DNA of 64,000 bases. Origin: Eledone cirrhosa. Taxonomy: Eukaryota. Position numbers and translations under genes: made by a program. This document shows positions 61,201-64,000 of this stretch, one piece after another. The notes beneath the pieces were generated by a model that searched no databases, was not told where the DNA came from, and saw only the letters and a program-made list of their open reading frames with translations. The stretch lies in NCBI GenBank assembly GCA_964016885.1, contig OZ024746.1, forward strand, positions 51,956,001 through 52,020,000, in the 5' to 3' direction. Position 1 is the first letter of the stretch, and the number at the start of each line of letters is the position of its first letter.

Positions 61201-64000
61201 ATTGGGTATGTTATACTGAGTATGGAGTAGTGTATGGTATAGAATGGTGTATATAGGTGTGTGTTGTATGGTATGGAATTCTATGTATTGTTATGTTATA
61301 CTGAGTATGGAGTAGTGTATGGTATAGAATGGTGTGTATAGGTGTGTGTTGTATGGTATGGAATTCTATGTATTGGGTATGTTATACTGAGTATGGAGTA
61401 GTGTATGGTATAGAATGGTGTATATAGGTGTGTGTTGTATGGTATGGAATTCTATGTATTAGGTATGTTATACTGAGTATGGAGTAGTGTATGGTATAGA
61501 ATGGTGTATATAGGTGTGTGTTGTATGGTATGGAATTCTATGTATAGGGTATGTTATACTTTGTATGGAGTATTGTATGGTATAGAATGGTGTATATAGG
61601 TGTGTCTTGTATGGTTAAGAATTGTATGTATTGGGTATGTTATACTTAGTATGGAGTAGTGTATGGCATAGAATGGTGTATATAGGTGTGTGTTGTATGT
61701 TATGGAATTCTATGTATTAGTATGTTATACTGAGTATGGAGTAGTGTATGGTATAGAATGGTGTATATAGGTGTGTGTTGTATGGTATGGAATTCTATGA
61801 ATTGGGTATGTTATATTTAGTATAGAGTAGTGTATGGTATAGACTGGTGTATATAGGTGTGTGTTGTATGGTATGGAATTCTAAGTATTGGGTATGTTAT
61901 ACTGTGTATGGAGTAGTGTATGGTATAGAATGGTGTATATAGATGTGTGTTGCATGGTATGGAATTCTATGTATTGGGTATGTTATATTTTGTATGGTGT
62001 AGTGTATGGTATAGAATGGTGTATGTAGGTGTGTGTTGTAGGGTATGGAATTCTATCTATTGTTATGTTATACTGAGTATGGAGTAGTGTATGGTATAGA
62101 ATGGTGTATATAGGTGTGTGTTGTATGGTATGGAATTCTATGTATTGGGTATATTTTACTTAGTATGGAGTAGTGTATGGCATAGAATGGTGTATATAGG
62201 TGTGTGTTGTATGGTATGGAATTCTTGTATTGGGTATATTATACTTTGTATGGAGTAGTGTACGGTATAGAATGGTGTATATAGGTGTGTGTTGTATGGT
62301 ATGGAATTCTATGTATTGGGTATATTTTACTGAGTATGGAGTAGTGTATGGTATAGAATGGTGTATATAGGTGTGTGTTGTATGGTATGGAATTCTAAGT
62401 ATTGAGTATGTTATATGTGTATGGAGTAGTGTATGGTATAGAATGGTGTATATAGATGTGTGTTGCATGGTATCGAATTCTATGTATTGGGTATGTTATA
62501 CTTTGTATGGAGTAGTGTATGGTATAGAATGGTGTATATTGGTGTGCTTGTATGGTTAAGAATTCTATGTATTGGGTATGTTATACTTTGAATAGAGTAG
62601 TGTATGGTATAGAATGGTGTATATAGATGTGTGTTGTATGTTATGGAATTTTATGTATTGGGTATGTTATACTTAATATGGAGTAGTGTATGGTATAGAA
62701 TGCTCTATATATGTGTGTGTTGCATGGTATGGAATTATATGTATTGGGTATGTTATATTAGTACGGAGTAGTGTATGGTATAGAATGGTGTATATAGCTG
62801 TGTGTTGTATGGTATGGAATTCTATGTATTGGGTATGTTATACTGAGTATGGAGTAGTGTATGGTATAGAATGGTGTATATAGGTGTGTGTTGTATGGTA
62901 TGGAATTCTATGTATTGTTATGTTATACTGAGTATGGAGTAGTGTAAGGTATAGAATGGTGTATATAGGTGTGTGTTGTATGGTATGGAATTCTATGTAT
63001 TGGGTATGTTTTACTTAATATGGAGTAGTGTATGGCATAGAATGGTGTATATAGGTGTGTGTTGTATGGTATGGAATTCTATATATTGGGTATATTATAC
63101 TTTGTATGGAGTAGTGTATGGTATAGAATGGTGTATATAGGTGTGTGTTGTATGGTATGGAATTCTATGTATTAGGTATGTTATACTGAGTATGGAGTAG
63201 TGTATGGTATAGAATGGTGTATATAGGTGTGTGTTGTATGGTATGAAATTCTATGTATTAGGTATGTTATACTGAGTATGGAGTAGTGTATGGTATAGAA
63301 TGGTGTATATAGGTGTGTGTTGTATGGTATGGAATTCTATGTATAGGGTATGTTATACTTTGTATGGAGTAGTGTATGGTATAGAATGGTGTATATAGGT
63401 GTGTGTCGTATGGTATAGAATTCTATGTATTGGGTATGTTATACTTAGTATGGAGTAGTGTATGGCATAGACTGGTGTATATAGGTGTGTGTTGTATGGT
63501 ATGGTATTCTATGTATTGGGTATGTTATACTGTGTATGGAATAGTGTATGGTATAGAATGGTGTATATAGGTGTGTGTTGCATGGTATCGAATTCTATGT
63601 ATTGGGTATGTTATACTTTGTATGGGGTAGTGTATGGTATAGAATGGTGTATATAGGTGTGTGTTGTATGGTATGGAATTCTATGTATTGGTTATGTTAT
63701 ACTTAGTATGGAGTAGTGTATGGCATAGAATGGTGTATATAGGTGTGTGTTGTATGGTATGGAATTCTATGTATTGGGTATGTTATACTGTGTATGGAGT
63801 AGTGTATGGTATAGAATGGTGTATATAGCTGTGTCTTGTATGGTAAGGAATTCTATGTATTGGGTATAAGATACTTTGAATAGAGTAGTGTATGGTATAG
63901 AATGGTGTATATAGATGTGTTTTGTATGGTATGGAATTTTATGTATTGGGTATGTTATACTTAATATGGAGTAGTGTATGGTATAGAATGCTCTATATAT
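55290..64000. repeat. Near-identical copy of window positions 1-8795 (offset 55289, then 55203, then 55205)
   Basis: ATACTTTGAATAGAG...CTGAATATGGAGTAGTATATGG...TATCGTGTAG begins at both 1 and 55290. Identical ORF pairs are 2023/57312, 5027/60230 and 6957/62160. The window end matches 8786-8795. Confidence 0.95.
55926..61870. repeat. Second instance of the 35-monomer tandem duplication; its second unit lacks one monomer (offset 3004, then 2918)
   Basis: Identical ORFs at 57312 and 60230 (offset 2918 = 3004 - 86). The monomer loss maps near 59330-59355 relative to 4040-4155. Confidence 0.92.

Larger units (their letters stand above)
1..64000. repeat. Tandem satellite DNA array, 86-bp monomer (EcoRI-type), about 745 head-to-tail copies, open at both window ends
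   Basis: GAATTC recurs at 64, 150, 236 and onward (86-bp spacing). The same consensus is readable throughout the window. Monomers differ by a few substitutions, and a minority are 84/85/87/88 bp because of small indels. No non-repeat sequence or strand switch was seen. Confidence 0.99.

Noticed and set aside
6957-62468. Minus-strand H/T/Y/I/P-rich ORFs (6957-7265, 59151-59420, 62160-62468)
   Set aside because: Their composition simply reflects the C/A-rich strand, and their length results from chance loss of stops and small indels. There is no gene context.
2023-62883. All + strand ORFs (62-84 aa, rich in Y/V/G/M/C/W)
   Set aside because: They are translations of the satellite. Since 86 is not a multiple of 3, the frame cycles through three monomers and meets recurrent TAG stops. 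ORFs appear only where a point variant removes a stop, and many start at TTG or GTG. They were useful only as duplication markers.
1-64000. CRISPR-like array (conserved, partly palindromic repeat with a variable segment)
   Set aside because: There are no unique spacers. The variable segment is a few point alleles of one sequence, and no cas genes or leader are present.
1-64000. Telomeric repeat (G/T-rich strand, occasional TTAGG or TTGGG)
   Set aside because: These motifs occur singly per monomer, never in tandem. A subtelomeric or complex-telomere role cannot be excluded, but nothing in the window supports it.
1-64000. Canonical G-quadruplex array
   Set aside because: There is only one GGG per monomer; the rest are GG dinucleotides, so three-tier G4 motifs are absent.
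1-64000. Assignment to a known satellite family (human HSat2/3, alpha satellite, CENP-B box) or to an organism
   Set aside because: Only short AATGG/GGAAT words are shared, no CENP-B box is visible, and I do not recognise the monomer. A database search is required.
1-64000. Hidden insertion, transposon or inversion within the array
   Set aside because: Reading the window end to end showed no non-satellite or C-rich (inverted) segment.
1-64000. A single regular HOR period
   Set aside because: Observed offsets differ by region (2, 15, 21-22, 32-36, 41, 44 and 46 monomers), and each tandem duplication is only two copies long.

Overview
The whole 64-kb window is one uninterrupted, head-to-tail, single-orientation array of an 86-bp satellite monomer (about 745 copies, estimated from length). 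The consensus, phased at its EcoRI site, is GAATTCTATGTATTGGGTATGTTATACTGAGTATGGAGTAGTGTATGGTATAGAATGGTGTATATAGGTGTGTGTTGTATGGTATG (T35 G28 A21 C2, no CpG). I saw no unique sequence, gene, RNA gene, transposon, CRISPR spacer or inversion, and the ORF track is an artefact of translating the repeat. It most resembles eukaryotic heterochromatic or (peri)centromeric satellite DNA; the organism cannot be identified from the sequence. The interest is architectural, with structure at several scales: (1) a TATGG/AATGG pentamer substructure; (2) a near-concentric dyad in each monomer, centred on its most variable site; (3) discrete monomer types and recurring multi-monomer cassettes; (4) several recent tandem duplications of 2-46 monomers with no single fixed higher-order-repeat (HOR) period; (5) two variant-defined domains, A (1-15.4 kb and 46.5-64 kb) and B (15.4-46.5 kb); (6) a near-identical recurrence at about 55.2-55.3 kb offset (1-8795 matches 55290-64000), possibly a roughly 640-monomer macro-repeat. 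All alignments were done by eye using rare variants and identical ORFs as markers, so block boundaries are approximate.
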